Positions 39,089-48,557 of a stretch of DNA of 64,000 bases are shown piece by piece (position 1 is the stretch's first letter; each line of letters opens with the position of its first letter). The stretch spans positions 3,178-67,177 of IMG/VR virus record IMGVR_UViG_3300046782_000297; one strand, given 5' to 3'. The DNA is from a virus. The notes below the pieces were generated by a model, which saw nothing but the letters and a program-made list of their open reading frames with translations, did no database searches and was not told the DNA's origin. The position numbers and the translations under genes are program-made.

Positions 39089-40110
39089 TAGATTGCTGCT
39101 CCTGGGTAGGCAGTCTGGCTAATCGTATTGTACAAAGCGTAGTATTTACCATATAGAGAACTACGCCTAACTCTAAACCAGTTGTCGATAAACTCCCTAT
39201 CCTGCATCCTCAGTTTCCTATACAGAGATTGATAATTAGCCTGGGTCTCACCCATCAGGAACTTCCAATCCGGCCCTTGATTTCTAGGCAATGCTCCTTT
39301 ATTGGCCTCAGCCCACTCGTAGGCGTATACTTTGGCTCTGGCAATTACAGCTTCCTCAGTAACCTGTGGAGGCAGTGTGTCAGAATTACTCACAAGGTCT
39401 GGGAACTTCCTGATGCCATAAAGCTGGTAGGCCCGGTTGGTGAGTGGCACACCCCACAGTTCAAAGATAGGAAACCTGTAAGTGGCTGTGTTGTTCGGGT
39501 CTGTCCCCGTAATGAAGGGCACCACATGAGTGGGAAAATAGTACCAAGTCCTCTGGGGGTCCTGCTCATTCAACCACGCCATGTTCTGGTCAAGTATCAG
39601 GTCAGTGAAATTCACCATATCCCTAACCGACACAAAACTCAGATGATCCTGAAACGGCGCGGGATAGTAGCACTGATATATCTGGTATCCGTTGCCGGTC
39701 ACTGCCGGTGCATCTGGAAAGCCCCTATCAAGGGTAAGGATGCTGGCACCATCCCAAGCAGTGATATTACATACTGTGGATATACCAACCCGGAACTGTC
39801 TTTGATTGATGGGGTTGAAGGTAGTCAGTGATGCATTGACAGCAGCAGCCGCAACACCATTGAGGGTGACTAGGTTGGAACCCTGGACAGCCGTGGCCGT
39901 GCCGGTATTAACCAGTGGAGGAGCTATCCAGTTGCTGTCATAGCACTGAAAGGACCAGAGATTCTGTCGCCTCAGGTCGGCCCAGGCCCTATTAACTATT
40001 GTTTTGCAATAGCTTATAGCTATCTTGGGGACCGTACCGCGTATCTCCCTAACCATGTTAATAAAAGCCACAGTACCCCCAGATGTGGCAAAGGGGTTGG
40101 GAAGCCCCAA
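39088..40110 (-). CDS. Head-tail adaptor/tail tubular-like protein
   Basis: VNRAWADL...WSF and GTATAVQGSNLVT insertion; gene order after the capsid genes. Confidence 0.5.
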   Translation of the reverse strand: MGLPNPFATSGGTVAFINMVREIRGTVPKIAISYCKTIVNRAWADLRRQNLWSFQCYDSNWIAPPLVNTGTATAVQGSNLVTLNGVAAAAVNASLTTFNPINQRQFRVGISTVCNITAWDGASILTLDRGFPDAPAVTGNGYQIYQCYYPAPFQDHLSFVSVRDMVNFTDLILDQNMAWLNEQDPQRTWYYFPTHVVPFITGTDPNNTATYRFPIFELWGVPLTNRAYQLYGIRKFPDLVSNSDTLPPQVTEEAVIARAKVYAYEWAEANKGALPRNQGPDWKFLMGETQANYQSLYRKLRMQDREFIDNWFRVRRSSLYGKYYALYNTISQTAYPGAAI

Positions 40111-40136
40111 CCCCCTGCCTGTAAGTGTGCTACGGA

Positions 40137-40319
40137 CTACTTACCAGCGTGCTTGCGGTGTCCACCCTTACGTTCCATCTTCTTGCGTTCTTCCTTCTTC
40201 TCTTCTTTCTTACTCTCGTGCTTGCCACCCATGTGCTCTTTTGCCACAACTGCCTCCTTTAGGAACTTTTTGCCGTGCTCTTTCGCTTCATATCTAGGGG
40301 TTTCTTCTGACTCTTTCAT
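40137..40319 (-). CDS. Small highly charged K/E/H-rich protein
   Basis: HESKKEEKKEERKKMERKGGHRKHAGK; AGGAG RBS; ATGA overlap. Confidence 0.6.
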   Translation of the reverse strand: MKESEETPRYEAKEHGKKFLKEAVVAKEHMGGKHESKKEEKKEERKKMERKGGHRKHAGK

Positions 40320-40486
40320 GCTCTCCTACCCGCAGACTTCCTAGGCTCTGACTTGATCCTACCTTCTTTACGAAGATAGGAGAGCAGGATGGCCTTAGCC
40401 TGCTTCTTCTTCTTTACTATCGGGCCACCCTTGCCGCTGTGTAGCGTGCCCTCCTTGAAGTCAGTCATTACCTCGGAGGCTGGCAT
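40316..40486 (-). CDS. DUF6496-like small basic protein (not in the ORF track)
   Basis: Own translation MPASEVMTDFKEGTLHSGKGGPIVKKKKQAKAILLSYLRKEG... matches the recalled VMxEFKxGxLHSG...KQAxAI pattern. Confidence 0.7.
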   Translation of the reverse strand: MPASEVMTDFKEGTLHSGKGGPIVKKKKQAKAILLSYLRKEGRIKSEPRKSAGRRA

Positions 40487-40698
40487 TTTAGTAGTCCTTA
40501 GTGCTGTCGGGGCAGTAGTCCGGGTGGTCTACCCGTCTTCCAGTCTCAGGATTGGTGTGGTAGTGGTGACCCACCTCAACCTGGAGGGGCCTGGGATTGT
40601 GGGCAATCTCCTTGACATTATTGCCATCACAGTCAGCCCTAGCTGTGGGAGTGTAAACCGGAATCTGACTCTTCTTGGCCATGTAAACTTTACACCTC

Positions 40699-40730
40699 AA
40701 AAAAGGGGGTAGAGTGACAGCCCTACCCCG
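40699..40730 (-). terminator. Rho-independent terminator after the capsid gene cluster
   Basis: GGGGTAGGG-CTGTCA-CTCTACCCC followed by a T-run; palindrome copy immediately downstream at 40682. Confidence 0.7.
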
Positions 40731-40744
40731 TAGTGTGCGCTCGC

Positions 40745-41101
40745 CTAGGAGAAAACTGCTTTGAACCTAACGACCTCGCCAGACAAATCAACGGCGGGGG
40801 CGACTTCGGCATTGGTTGCTAGCACGTACCAGAGGATGTTGACCTTATATACACTCTGATTCTGGGCTGTTGGGGCCGCATCAATCGGAAGATACTGCAC
40901 ACGGCAGTAATAGGTTCCGGAGTATGACAGACCCTGGCCGGTGTCCACGAAGTCAAACCCACCTTTACCAAACTGAGCAGCCGTAACTAGCTGACCCCCA
41001 GTGGCATAAGATAGGGGACCCGCTAACTCATAGATCCCTACATCTTTAGTGCCCCAAGCCTGCTGGTAGCCAGGAAGTGAGGCTGCTTGTTGTGCGTTCA
41101 C
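40745..41101 (-). CDS. Small virion (head decoration-like) protein
   Basis: GPLSYATGG...EVAPAVDLSGEVVRF pattern; GGAGG RBS; capsid operon. Confidence 0.5.
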   Translation of the reverse strand: MNAQQAASLPGYQQAWGTKDVGIYELAGPLSYATGGQLVTAAQFGKGGFDFVDTGQGLSYSGTYYCRVQYLPIDAAPTAQNQSVYKVNILWYVLATNAEVAPAVDLSGEVVRFKAVFS

Positions 41102-41110
41102 AGATACCTC

Positions 41111-41803
41111 CTAGTTACCAATGCAGCGGTAGTCGATAACAGTTGTGACAGTATTGGGTCCGGTGAGGGTCATGGCTGTCCCAGAAGTCTTGTTGATGGC
41201 AATACCGCCAGCGGCCACAGCCGCAGTAGTGCCTTCGGGGGTTGCCGTACAGACGTAGCTGGTGCTGGTGGTAAATGGCAACTGAGTTATAGAGGCAATG
41301 GATGGGCTAGCAGAACTCAGAGCCACAGTACCATATGCCTCAATCAGACCCGCAGCACCAACACCCGTATTGGCGCAAGTTGCTGTAGTTCCACAACTTT
41401 GATTCACCTTAACCAAATATGCTGTAGACGCCTGCTGGGGTCCGGCAATTCGAGTAATGGCAGATCCAGAAGTCTCCACATAAGCCATCAGGGTATTGCC
41501 TGATGCCATAGCTGTGACTGGGTTGGTAGTAATGGCCACAGTTCCAGAAGAATTGGCATAGACAAAGTTGCAACCCGCATAAGACGGCGAGGAGCAATCA
41601 GACTTAGATGTGGTAACTGAGCCGGTCCCCGCTGTAATGGTGACCGCATGGCCACCATTAAGAACAGTCCCTGCCGTCCATTTCACCACGGTAGCAGTGG
41701 ACTGAGCCACATTGGGTAGTCTCAGGTTGGTCTGAGCCAGTGCCGTGCCTTGCAAGATGAGGCAGAAGACAACAGCCAAAGACGCAATGTAAAGTTTACG
41801 CAT
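41111..41803 (-). CDS. Signal-peptide, T/S/A-rich beta protein in the capsid operon
   Basis: MRKLYIASLAVVFCLILQGTALA-Q; Cys pairs DCSSPSYAGC, SCGTTATC and YVC...YRC. Confidence 0.65.
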   Translation of the reverse strand: MRKLYIASLAVVFCLILQGTALAQTNLRLPNVAQSTATVVKWTAGTVLNGGHAVTITAGTGSVTTSKSDCSSPSYAGCNFVYANSSGTVAITTNPVTAMASGNTLMAYVETSGSAITRIAGPQQASTAYLVKVNQSCGTTATCANTGVGAAGLIEAYGTVALSSASPSIASITQLPFTTSTSYVCTATPEGTTAAVAAGGIAINKTSGTAMTLTGPNTVTTVIDYRCIGN

Positions 41804-42037
41804 GTTCAAATTCCTCTCTACCTTCGATGATAGGCTTTGGGGTATCTGTTCCGGCAGTATTCAATCCCGTAAACTGATTCCACCAGCTTGCGCTGCTCTG
41901 GATTCACACGGAGATTTTCTTCTGCCATCCTACGGCCTCTTTCAGCCGCCTCATCCCACCCAGTCAGCAGCCCCCTGTCTTGAAACAAGCGGGCTGCATT
42001 CTCGTGGGGCTGTAAATCCTGCTGGTTCATAACCAAC

Positions 42038-42715
42038 CTAGAAACGGACCCTCTTCATATCAATATCAATGACAGAGGCCGTGGCGTTGGCCGGGGCCGT
42101 TTCAGCCAAGCCCAAAAACGCTCCCTGCATGTTCTGGACATCATCGAATGTAGGGTTCGCAACATTACCAGCGAACACATCCAGAGTCCCGACATCAGCA
42201 CCGGCACCAGCACCAGCCGCGTAAACACCGCAACCAGCAGCCGGGGTAACTCCGGTCAGCACTGCCCTGAACAGAGCTTTGACCTTGCCAGCCGTCTGCA
42301 TCCACCAGGAGTTACCGGAAACCAGCGTGTTGATAGACACGCCAGCCCAGTAGTTGGCTCCCATAGCACCAGACTCATCAGGTGTGGTGGTGTAGCTGTC
42401 ATCTGTAGAGGCAATCCGCCAGAACAGAAGACGGTTAATAGTTGGGGTGGCTGTGGCAGTCAGGAAGGTGGTCATATACTGATACAGACCCCCATACAGA
42501 GTGCCAACAGATGTCTTAGACATGGCCAGTGCATCAGCCATGCCCAAAACCAGACGATCACCGGGGATATCCTGAATGCCCTGTGTCGCCCCCACTGAAG
42601 CAGGTACGGTGGTCAGGGCACCCTGGATAACAGAGTCCCCAGAGCCACCGTTAAGGTAGAAGCCGCCCGCAGCAGCACTTAACTGTTGCGGCTGTTTTGT
42701 CCAATTTGAAGGCAT
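42038..42715 (-). CDS. Capsid decoration/cement-like protein
   Basis: Immediately downstream of the MCP, GGAGG RBS, A/G-rich, WWMQTAG. Confidence 0.55.
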   Translation of the reverse strand: MPSNWTKQPQQLSAAAGGFYLNGGSGDSVIQGALTTVPASVGATQGIQDIPGDRLVLGMADALAMSKTSVGTLYGGLYQYMTTFLTATATPTINRLLFWRIASTDDSYTTTPDESGAMGANYWAGVSINTLVSGNSWWMQTAGKVKALFRAVLTGVTPAAGCGVYAAGAGAGADVGTLDVFAGNVANPTFDDVQNMQGAFLGLAETAPANATASVIDIDMKRVRF

Positions 42716-42753
42716 ATCGTGTAATCCTCCGGTGTAAAGTTTACGCTTCCGCC

Positions 42754-43896
42754 TTAGAAGCCTATCCCGTAAAACTGCTTGTTGTTGCGCGGGGTGGGGG
42801 TATAGAAGTTAATACCCTCTTTCAGGAACATCACAACCAAGTCCGGGTTGTTCTGGGACCTGATCGGGGGCGTAAAGGCAAAGTTGTACTCTGCCGCAGC
42901 AGCTTGGCGAACCTTCCAGCCCTTCAGGCGGAACAGGAACAGCACTTCACCAACGTGAATGGTGGTAGCTGCCGGGAGATTGGACAGACTGGACGGGGCA
43001 GCCGCCGATGTGAAATTGGCAGGCTGAATAGCCGTAGTCTGGGACAACCCAGAGGGCAAAATCTGGCCATACTTGGTAGACGGGCAGAGTTTGTCCACAT
43101 AGATGTAGGCATCCAGAATCTTGAGACCGGCCACGCCGATGCTCATGTCTGTCTCAATCGTGAATCTTTGCTTGGTCTCCTGGCGCTCTGCCAGATAAGC
43201 CCAAGCGGCTTTGTTGGTGCTACCGCTATCAGGCGGTTCAACACAGTCCAGATAGCCTTCCAGAACTGTCTTGTAGCTGATCTGGCCAGTATTCCCAGCC
43301 TGATCGCCGCACCAGAACGGGATGGAATTGAGGGCCACACCCACCGCGCCGTTACGGGCCTGTCCGCCATAATTGGCAAACACATTGCCGTCCCAGCTAT
43401 TGGTGACTCCATCATTCAGCGCCTCTGAAGCACCGTTGATGAAGAACTGCCGGTTATCCACCACGGCAGTACCAGACTGAGGTTGGCCGTGCCGGTAGAA
43501 GTCAATGCCCAAATCGGTGTTGAGTGCCTGGACCGCATTGGTCATGTACAGGTCAGACAACTTGATGCGGCCAGCAGGCCCAGCATTGATAACATCAGTC
43601 TGCCAAAGGTTCAAGGGTACAGTTTCAATGTACTCCTTGGGCGCGAAGGCAGTTGCCGCCAGAATCTGAGTCTGCATGATGTTGACATCAGCACCGGGCT
43701 GATGGGCACCACCTGAGACACGGTTAAACTGGAAGGGTTCCTGCATAACCGTCCCACCCAGGTACTCATCCAGCACGCCCGAAGCACGCATTTTCCGCTG
43801 AATGCCTGGATCTACAAAGAAGTTGTCATAAACTACATCTTCCCTAAGATCCGCAATCGTTGCGGCTGATATTTGGTCATAGATTGGATCGGCCAC
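42754..43896 (-). CDS. Major capsid protein
   Basis: 380 aa after the scaffold; T.ADLREDVVYDNFF..P and GG..MQEP..F pattern; strong RBS and biased codon usage. Confidence 0.8.
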   Translation of the reverse strand: MADPIYDQISAATIADLREDVVYDNFFVDPGIQRKMRASGVLDEYLGGTVMQEPFQFNRVSGGAHQPGADVNIMQTQILAATAFAPKEYIETVPLNLWQTDVINAGPAGRIKLSDLYMTNAVQALNTDLGIDFYRHGQPQSGTAVVDNRQFFINGASEALNDGVTNSWDGNVFANYGGQARNGAVGVALNSIPFWCGDQAGNTGQISYKTVLEGYLDCVEPPDSGSTNKAAWAYLAERQETKQRFTIETDMSIGVAGLKILDAYIYVDKLCPSTKYGQILPSGLSQTTAIQPANFTSAAAPSSLSNLPAATTIHVGEVLFLFRLKGWKVRQAAAAEYNFAFTPPIRSQNNPDLVVMFLKEGINFYTPTPRNNKQFYGIGF

Positions 43897-43917
43897 GGCT
43901 ACCCTCCAGTGTAAAGT

Positions 43918-44754
43918 TTACGAAGGAATCAAGTCCCCACGTTTGGCTGCCGCTTGCACAGCCCGTTCAATTCGGCCCCGAGAAATTTCATTCTCGTTCT
44001 TCTCCCAGGGCTGCTTGCCAGCATCAGCCTTCTTGCGCTCAACGAAGGGGTTGCTGGAAGGCCTGAGAGTTTGCAGGTTGGGGTTGGAACCCCCATACTG
44101 CACCATCAGTTCCTGTTCCCGCTTGGATACCGCGTCAGAAATCTCTTTCTGGCGGGCAGCTTTATCCAACTCATCCCGTTTGGCGGTAAAGTTGAACTTG
44201 CTTTCCACATACTGCCGGACACTCTGTTTTGCCGCCTTGGCCTCAGTCCGCATCTGCTTCAGATTCAGGCGCTGGCCAGGATAGAGTTGCATGAAATCCG
44301 ACACCAAATCCTGGGCGTCCGCAATCGCATCCCCTGTGGATTCAAAGGCTTTGGTGAAGACATCTGCCGGGACATAGCGAGGATCAATCCGCTCTTGCCG
44401 GTCTCGTTCCTCGGCAGCCTTGCGGGCAACCTCAGCTTCCTCAGCAGCAATCTGGGCCTCAGTCTTGCCACCGGCCCTGGCAGCCGCAGCACGCTTGAGA
44501 GCTTCAGTACGGGCTTTCTCAGCCGCAGCTTCCGCCTTGGCTTCATCCCGCTCTCTCAGCAATTTGGCATGCTCAGGAGTGATCTCATTTGTGAACCACT
44601 TGTCATAAGCGTCCAGGTCGGTCAGGGCCTTTTCACCATTGCTCAGTTCTGCTTCAAGATCGGCCCGAAACTTGGCATTGGACAGGAGAGGTTTCAGGTC
44701 TGTCATCTCCTGCTCTGTGTACCCTTTACTTTTCATCAATGCTTCTAATGTCAT
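43918..44754 (-). CDS. Capsid scaffolding protein
   Basis: Charged helical A/E/K-rich 278 aa directly upstream of the MCP. Confidence 0.65.
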   Translation of the reverse strand: MTLEALMKSKGYTEQEMTDLKPLLSNAKFRADLEAELSNGEKALTDLDAYDKWFTNEITPEHAKLLRERDEAKAEAAAEKARTEALKRAAAARAGGKTEAQIAAEEAEVARKAAEERDRQERIDPRYVPADVFTKAFESTGDAIADAQDLVSDFMQLYPGQRLNLKQMRTEAKAAKQSVRQYVESKFNFTAKRDELDKAARQKEISDAVSKREQELMVQYGGSNPNLQTLRPSSNPFVERKKADAGKQPWEKNENEISRGRIERAVQAAAKRGDLIPS

Positions 44755-44766
44755 GATGTTTGTCTC

Positions 44767-45081
44767 CTATTGGGGTGGTGCTGCTGGTTGCGCTGGGGGC
44801 TGTACCGTCATTATTTTCATCTGAAGTTGCTGTACGGCATTGTTAATAGTCTGCACTTCAGGGGTGGCGTTGGGATACTTCTGAGCAATTCTCCTAGCAG
44901 CAGCCACAATTGCCAGGATGTTACTTGCATCCTCCATTGCCCCAGGGTCCTTCTCAGGAGGTGCTGGTGAGGCATCTGCACTGGGATTCCCAGGTGTAGG
45001 TTGCTGTTCTCCGGTTGTAAAAGAGCCGGGATCACCACCGCCTGGGGGACCTTGTAATCTTGGGGGAGGAGTGAGAGGCAC
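44767..45081 (-). CDS. Pro/Gln-rich small virion-region protein
   Basis: Low-complexity ends around a helical core; lies between portal and scaffold. Confidence 0.5.
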   Translation of the reverse strand: MPLTPPPRLQGPPGGGDPGSFTTGEQQPTPGNPSADASPAPPEKDPGAMEDASNILAIVAAARRIAQKYPNATPEVQTINNAVQQLQMKIMTVQPPAQPAAPPQ

Positions 45082-45092
45082 AAGTGTAAACT

Positions 45093-45251
45093 TTACGCTT
45101 TCCCGCCGGACATTTTGCCGGGATTCTTTTTCATGCTGCCAACGATCTTAGGCTTGGACTTTCCACTGCCTATGCCGCCCATATCCGATTTCAGCTTAAG
45201 ACCATGATCCTTTTTGCCGCCGATCTTGGGAACCACTGGAAGATGAGCCAT
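45093..45251 (-). CDS. 52-aa Gly/Lys-rich basic protein (not in the ORF track)
   Basis: AAAGGAG RBS; MAHLPVVPKIGGKKDHGLKLKSDMGGIGSGKSKPKIVGSMKKNPGKMSGGKA; stop supplied by the palindrome at 45085. Confidence 0.65.
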   Translation of the reverse strand: MAHLPVVPKIGGKKDHGLKLKSDMGGIGSGKSKPKIVGSMKKNPGKMSGGKA

Positions 45252-45271
45252 CTAAAACTCCTTTGAAAAGC

Positions 45272-45305
45272 AAAAAGCCCCAAACTCCCTACTGGAAGCT
45301 GGGGC
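45272..45305 (-). terminator. Rho-independent terminator upstream of the capsid cluster
   Basis: GCCCCAGCTTCC-AGTA-GGGAGTTTGGGGC followed by TTTTT. Confidence 0.65.
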
Positions 45306-45937
45306 CGATTGGTAGGGCCTAAGCCCTCAACTCGGATACCTCAACAAGATACTAAGCTAGATATTGCGTTTATATCCTGTCAAGGATAATTTTCGTTCAG
45401 CACGCCTACCACGCTTGGTTCTATGTAACTTCTTTGGAATCAGTAACTTAGGGCATCTTTGGCAGGTCTTACTAGACTGGGCGGGTTCAGGATGAGTGAC
45501 TACCTGTAGAGCAAAGGTGACTCCACATAAGGCCATACTCTGGCCTTCTTTAAAGTAGTGGTCTATACGCCCGTAACTAGCAGGGACGGTGATCCATCCT
45601 GGCTCTCGCTGGAACATTTTGATGTCTCCGTGACCTTGATACTACTGACATTTCCACTACCATTACAGTTAAGTTCTATCCGGCCTATAAAGCCCTTTTT
45701 GATTATGCCATGCAACGTCAAAACCATCTGGGCCAGCGCGTCCTTGCCATCCTGTCTCTTACAGACAAGTTCAAACACTCTCTCCCTGGTAAGTCTATCG
45801 GATACTGGCTGTACTGTAGCTTCAGTCGGCAAAATAGTCCCTCTTGTAAACTTTACATACTACGAAGTCAAACAAACACACGGCTACAATGGGTAGATTG
45901 GACAGGAGCACTGCTATAGTTTCCCACTCAACAAGCA

Positions 45938-48037
45938 TCAGCTACCTGTCTGGCTAACAGCACTCCTAGTTCCGCCATCCTTCTGGACTAGTTGGGGGGC
46001 CTGTTGGCCTACTGGGGGCCGTCCTTCCTGGTCGCCACCCTGCAACTTCTTCAGTGTCTCAACCATATTGGGTGTAGGATTGACCCCGGCCTGCATGAGA
46101 GCATCCACCATTTGCTTTAATTTGAGGGCTTCAATGGCGGCATCCCTTTGCTCTGCCATGTACCTTTCGTACTCAGTCGGTGCATCCGGCCCGCCAAAAT
46201 CAGTAATGTTCCAAGCCCCAGCAATAGTCTTAGAACTGATCGGCACACCCGCTTTTCTGAGTTGGATGTATCCCAACTTAACTGCCATCTGGGTAATCTC
46301 ATGGGCAGTGTGGGGAGCAATGACGTACTTGAGGTTTTCGGCAAACCATCTGGCCCGCTGTTGGAGACTGTATTTGCTGGCTGGAGCCTCACCCCGCTTG
46401 ATAGGGTCTGGAACCTCATGGGGCATGTGGGAGGGTATCAGTTTCTCCGGGTCAAAATCGTAAGTCATCTTACTGATTTTATCAGCACCCACATATGTCA
46501 TTAACTCCCTGACATCATAATACTGGGGGATGATGTACCGGACCTGATTGCCGATGATAGAAAGAGTCTGCTCAATACTCCGGGTGATATCGCTGACTAT
46601 TGGTCCTGAGGCTTCCAGTAACTTCTCCATTGCCGTCTCAGAATTGACCAAACCCTGTGCTCTGGCCATAGCCGCCACGTCATTGACTCCCATCTGGTAG
46701 TCCATAGTGGCCTCCAGATGCTGGATAGCCGTGAATATTTCCGGCTGGACTCGTAACACTTCGGGGGGTACAACACTAGTGAAGGGCTGAGTAACTACGG
46801 AGCCATCATAACCCACACGGCCACGGGGCTGCATCGGATCATACTCCATAGCCTCCTTAGTGGTAGTCGAGTTAATGTCATACGCCAGGGACATATCCAT
46901 CTGTGCCCTATTCTTATCCATAGTCCCCCGCTCAAGCTCATTGAGGGACATCTGAATCTCATAGCCGTCTCTAACAAGTGAGTATCCAGCCGGATCGAAG
47001 GCCCAGCTATCCAAGCATAAGGGTGTTAATGGGAGTTCTCCATGCCAGTCAAAGGCTGGTCCATCGTACATTACACACTGTTCGGAGGATATCATCAGGC
47101 GACGGTAGGGGTAGACTCTGGCATCATTCTCATCGGCTCTCTTGCCGTGGGGCATTTCAGCGCCCACTGGGTAGACTAGATAGGACCAGGAATTTAGGGG
47201 TTTGCGGCTACCCCTCTCCCCATAAAAATCACCCATCTCAAGAGGGTCATCTCCCTCATGTATAGATAGGTCTTGTATCCAAGTTTTGCGGATTGGCACA
47301 TAACAATCCGCCATAGTGTTATCCCCACCGGATGGCTTAAGCCAACTGCCAAACATCCTCTGGAGCAGATTGCCTCTGGCTGCCGTCCTAATCTCAGTGG
47401 CATACCACACTCTGGAGGTTGTTGGGTTCAGTCTATTCTGGAATTTTGGGTAGAGACCATGCGCCATGTAAATGGGCATTTCGTCAAGCAGGCTTACTGC
47501 ATACGCCTTTTGGTAATCCCCACTTGAAGGTAACTGGCTGGGCAGGATTGAAGGTTGGCCGTAAGCATCCAGAAATAGTGACCCACGGCCCCGGCCTGCT
47601 TGTGCCCTCCTATATCCAGTATGTAGCCACCCTGTATTGGTAGCTGCCGCCCAGTCAAAAGCACTCTTCAAGGACCTGTCCAGAAATTGCTCCTGATAAA
47701 TTGCCGTAACTGCCTGATTCATCATCATGGCATTTTCGGCAAACATGGGATTGTTGGAGGAGAACCCTGCCAGAGGCCGGATATTAGTTACAGCCCCTCT
47801 AACCTGACGGAGGTTCCTTTTTAGACGGGCAGTGGATATAGTTGAGCGATATGATGGAATTTTAGATAGGTCTACCCGTCCAGCAATGATCTCGAACGCC
47901 TTGTGATGGTCACTCCACCCTCTCTGCGTCTTATTCCAGGCCATCCCATCTTCACAGTGCTCATTCAGCCAGCCTAGCTTGTAGTTCTCACTGACTTCTC
48001 TAGGTGGAACTTGCCATTCCCGCCAGGACTTAGCCAT
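45938..48037 (-). CDS. Portal protein
   Basis: 699 aa downstream of TerL, helical with a Q/P-rich tail (EGRPP); size and position fit a podoviral portal. Confidence 0.75.
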   Translation of the reverse strand: MAKSWREWQVPPREVSENYKLGWLNEHCEDGMAWNKTQRGWSDHHKAFEIIAGRVDLSKIPSYRSTISTARLKRNLRQVRGAVTNIRPLAGFSSNNPMFAENAMMMNQAVTAIYQEQFLDRSLKSAFDWAAATNTGWLHTGYRRAQAGRGRGSLFLDAYGQPSILPSQLPSSGDYQKAYAVSLLDEMPIYMAHGLYPKFQNRLNPTTSRVWYATEIRTAARGNLLQRMFGSWLKPSGGDNTMADCYVPIRKTWIQDLSIHEGDDPLEMGDFYGERGSRKPLNSWSYLVYPVGAEMPHGKRADENDARVYPYRRLMISSEQCVMYDGPAFDWHGELPLTPLCLDSWAFDPAGYSLVRDGYEIQMSLNELERGTMDKNRAQMDMSLAYDINSTTTKEAMEYDPMQPRGRVGYDGSVVTQPFTSVVPPEVLRVQPEIFTAIQHLEATMDYQMGVNDVAAMARAQGLVNSETAMEKLLEASGPIVSDITRSIEQTLSIIGNQVRYIIPQYYDVRELMTYVGADKISKMTYDFDPEKLIPSHMPHEVPDPIKRGEAPASKYSLQQRARWFAENLKYVIAPHTAHEITQMAVKLGYIQLRKAGVPISSKTIAGAWNITDFGGPDAPTEYERYMAEQRDAAIEALKLKQMVDALMQAGVNPTPNMVETLKKLQGGDQEGRPPVGQQAPQLVQKDGGTRSAVSQTGS

Positions 48038-48057
48038 AGAATACTCCTGTGTAAAGT

Positions 48058-48522
48058 TTACAGTTTGTCAAGGACACTGTGAGTGTGCTGTATGGGGTTG
48101 TCAAATTCCAGAGCATCCAGATGCCCAATCTGAGAGGTGAACTTCTTCTCGAAAATTTCCCGCTTCTTCTCTCTCATTTCCAACCACATCCTGATGAAGT
48201 CCTTTTCGTATTCACTGGTGTTGGAACTGTTCAAACGGGCTGTCAGGCGGCTCTTTATCTGTGCTCGGCGGGCAGATGTCATCAAATTGTCCCTATACAA
48301 CTCAGCCTGTTGCTCCGCCTGTAGCTGGTTTTGCAGTTTCTCCTGCAATTTCTTGGCCTGAGGAAGGGTCTCAGCAATCATCATTTCAAACCCCATCTTC
48401 CTCATGTGCTTTCTGAACCGTCTGGACAGATCATCAGACGGGAGGATATGGGCATACCCCGCTTCATTGATAAAGTAGATAATGGGACTGATTTTACCCT
48501 GTGCAAGATGCTCTACGGCCAT
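48058..48522 (-). CDS. Hypothetical protein between TerL and portal
   Basis: 154 aa, flanked on both sides by palindrome copies (48050 and 48540). Confidence 0.55.
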   Translation of the reverse strand: MAVEHLAQGKISPIIYFINEAGYAHILPSDDLSRRFRKHMRKMGFEMMIAETLPQAKKLQEKLQNQLQAEQQAELYRDNLMTSARRAQIKSRLTARLNSSNTSEYEKDFIRMWLEMREKKREIFEKKFTSQIGHLDALEFDNPIQHTHSVLDKL

Positions 48523-48557
48523 AGCATACCCCCGAAAAGTGTAAACTTTACACTCTA

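Noticed and set aside
42697-44748. Long plus-strand ORFs (42697..43428, 43954..44748) and similar antisense ORFs elsewhere, such as 59757..60644 on the minus strand
   Set aside because: They are shadows of strongly codon-biased genes on the opposite strand, with no RBS or recognisable motifs.
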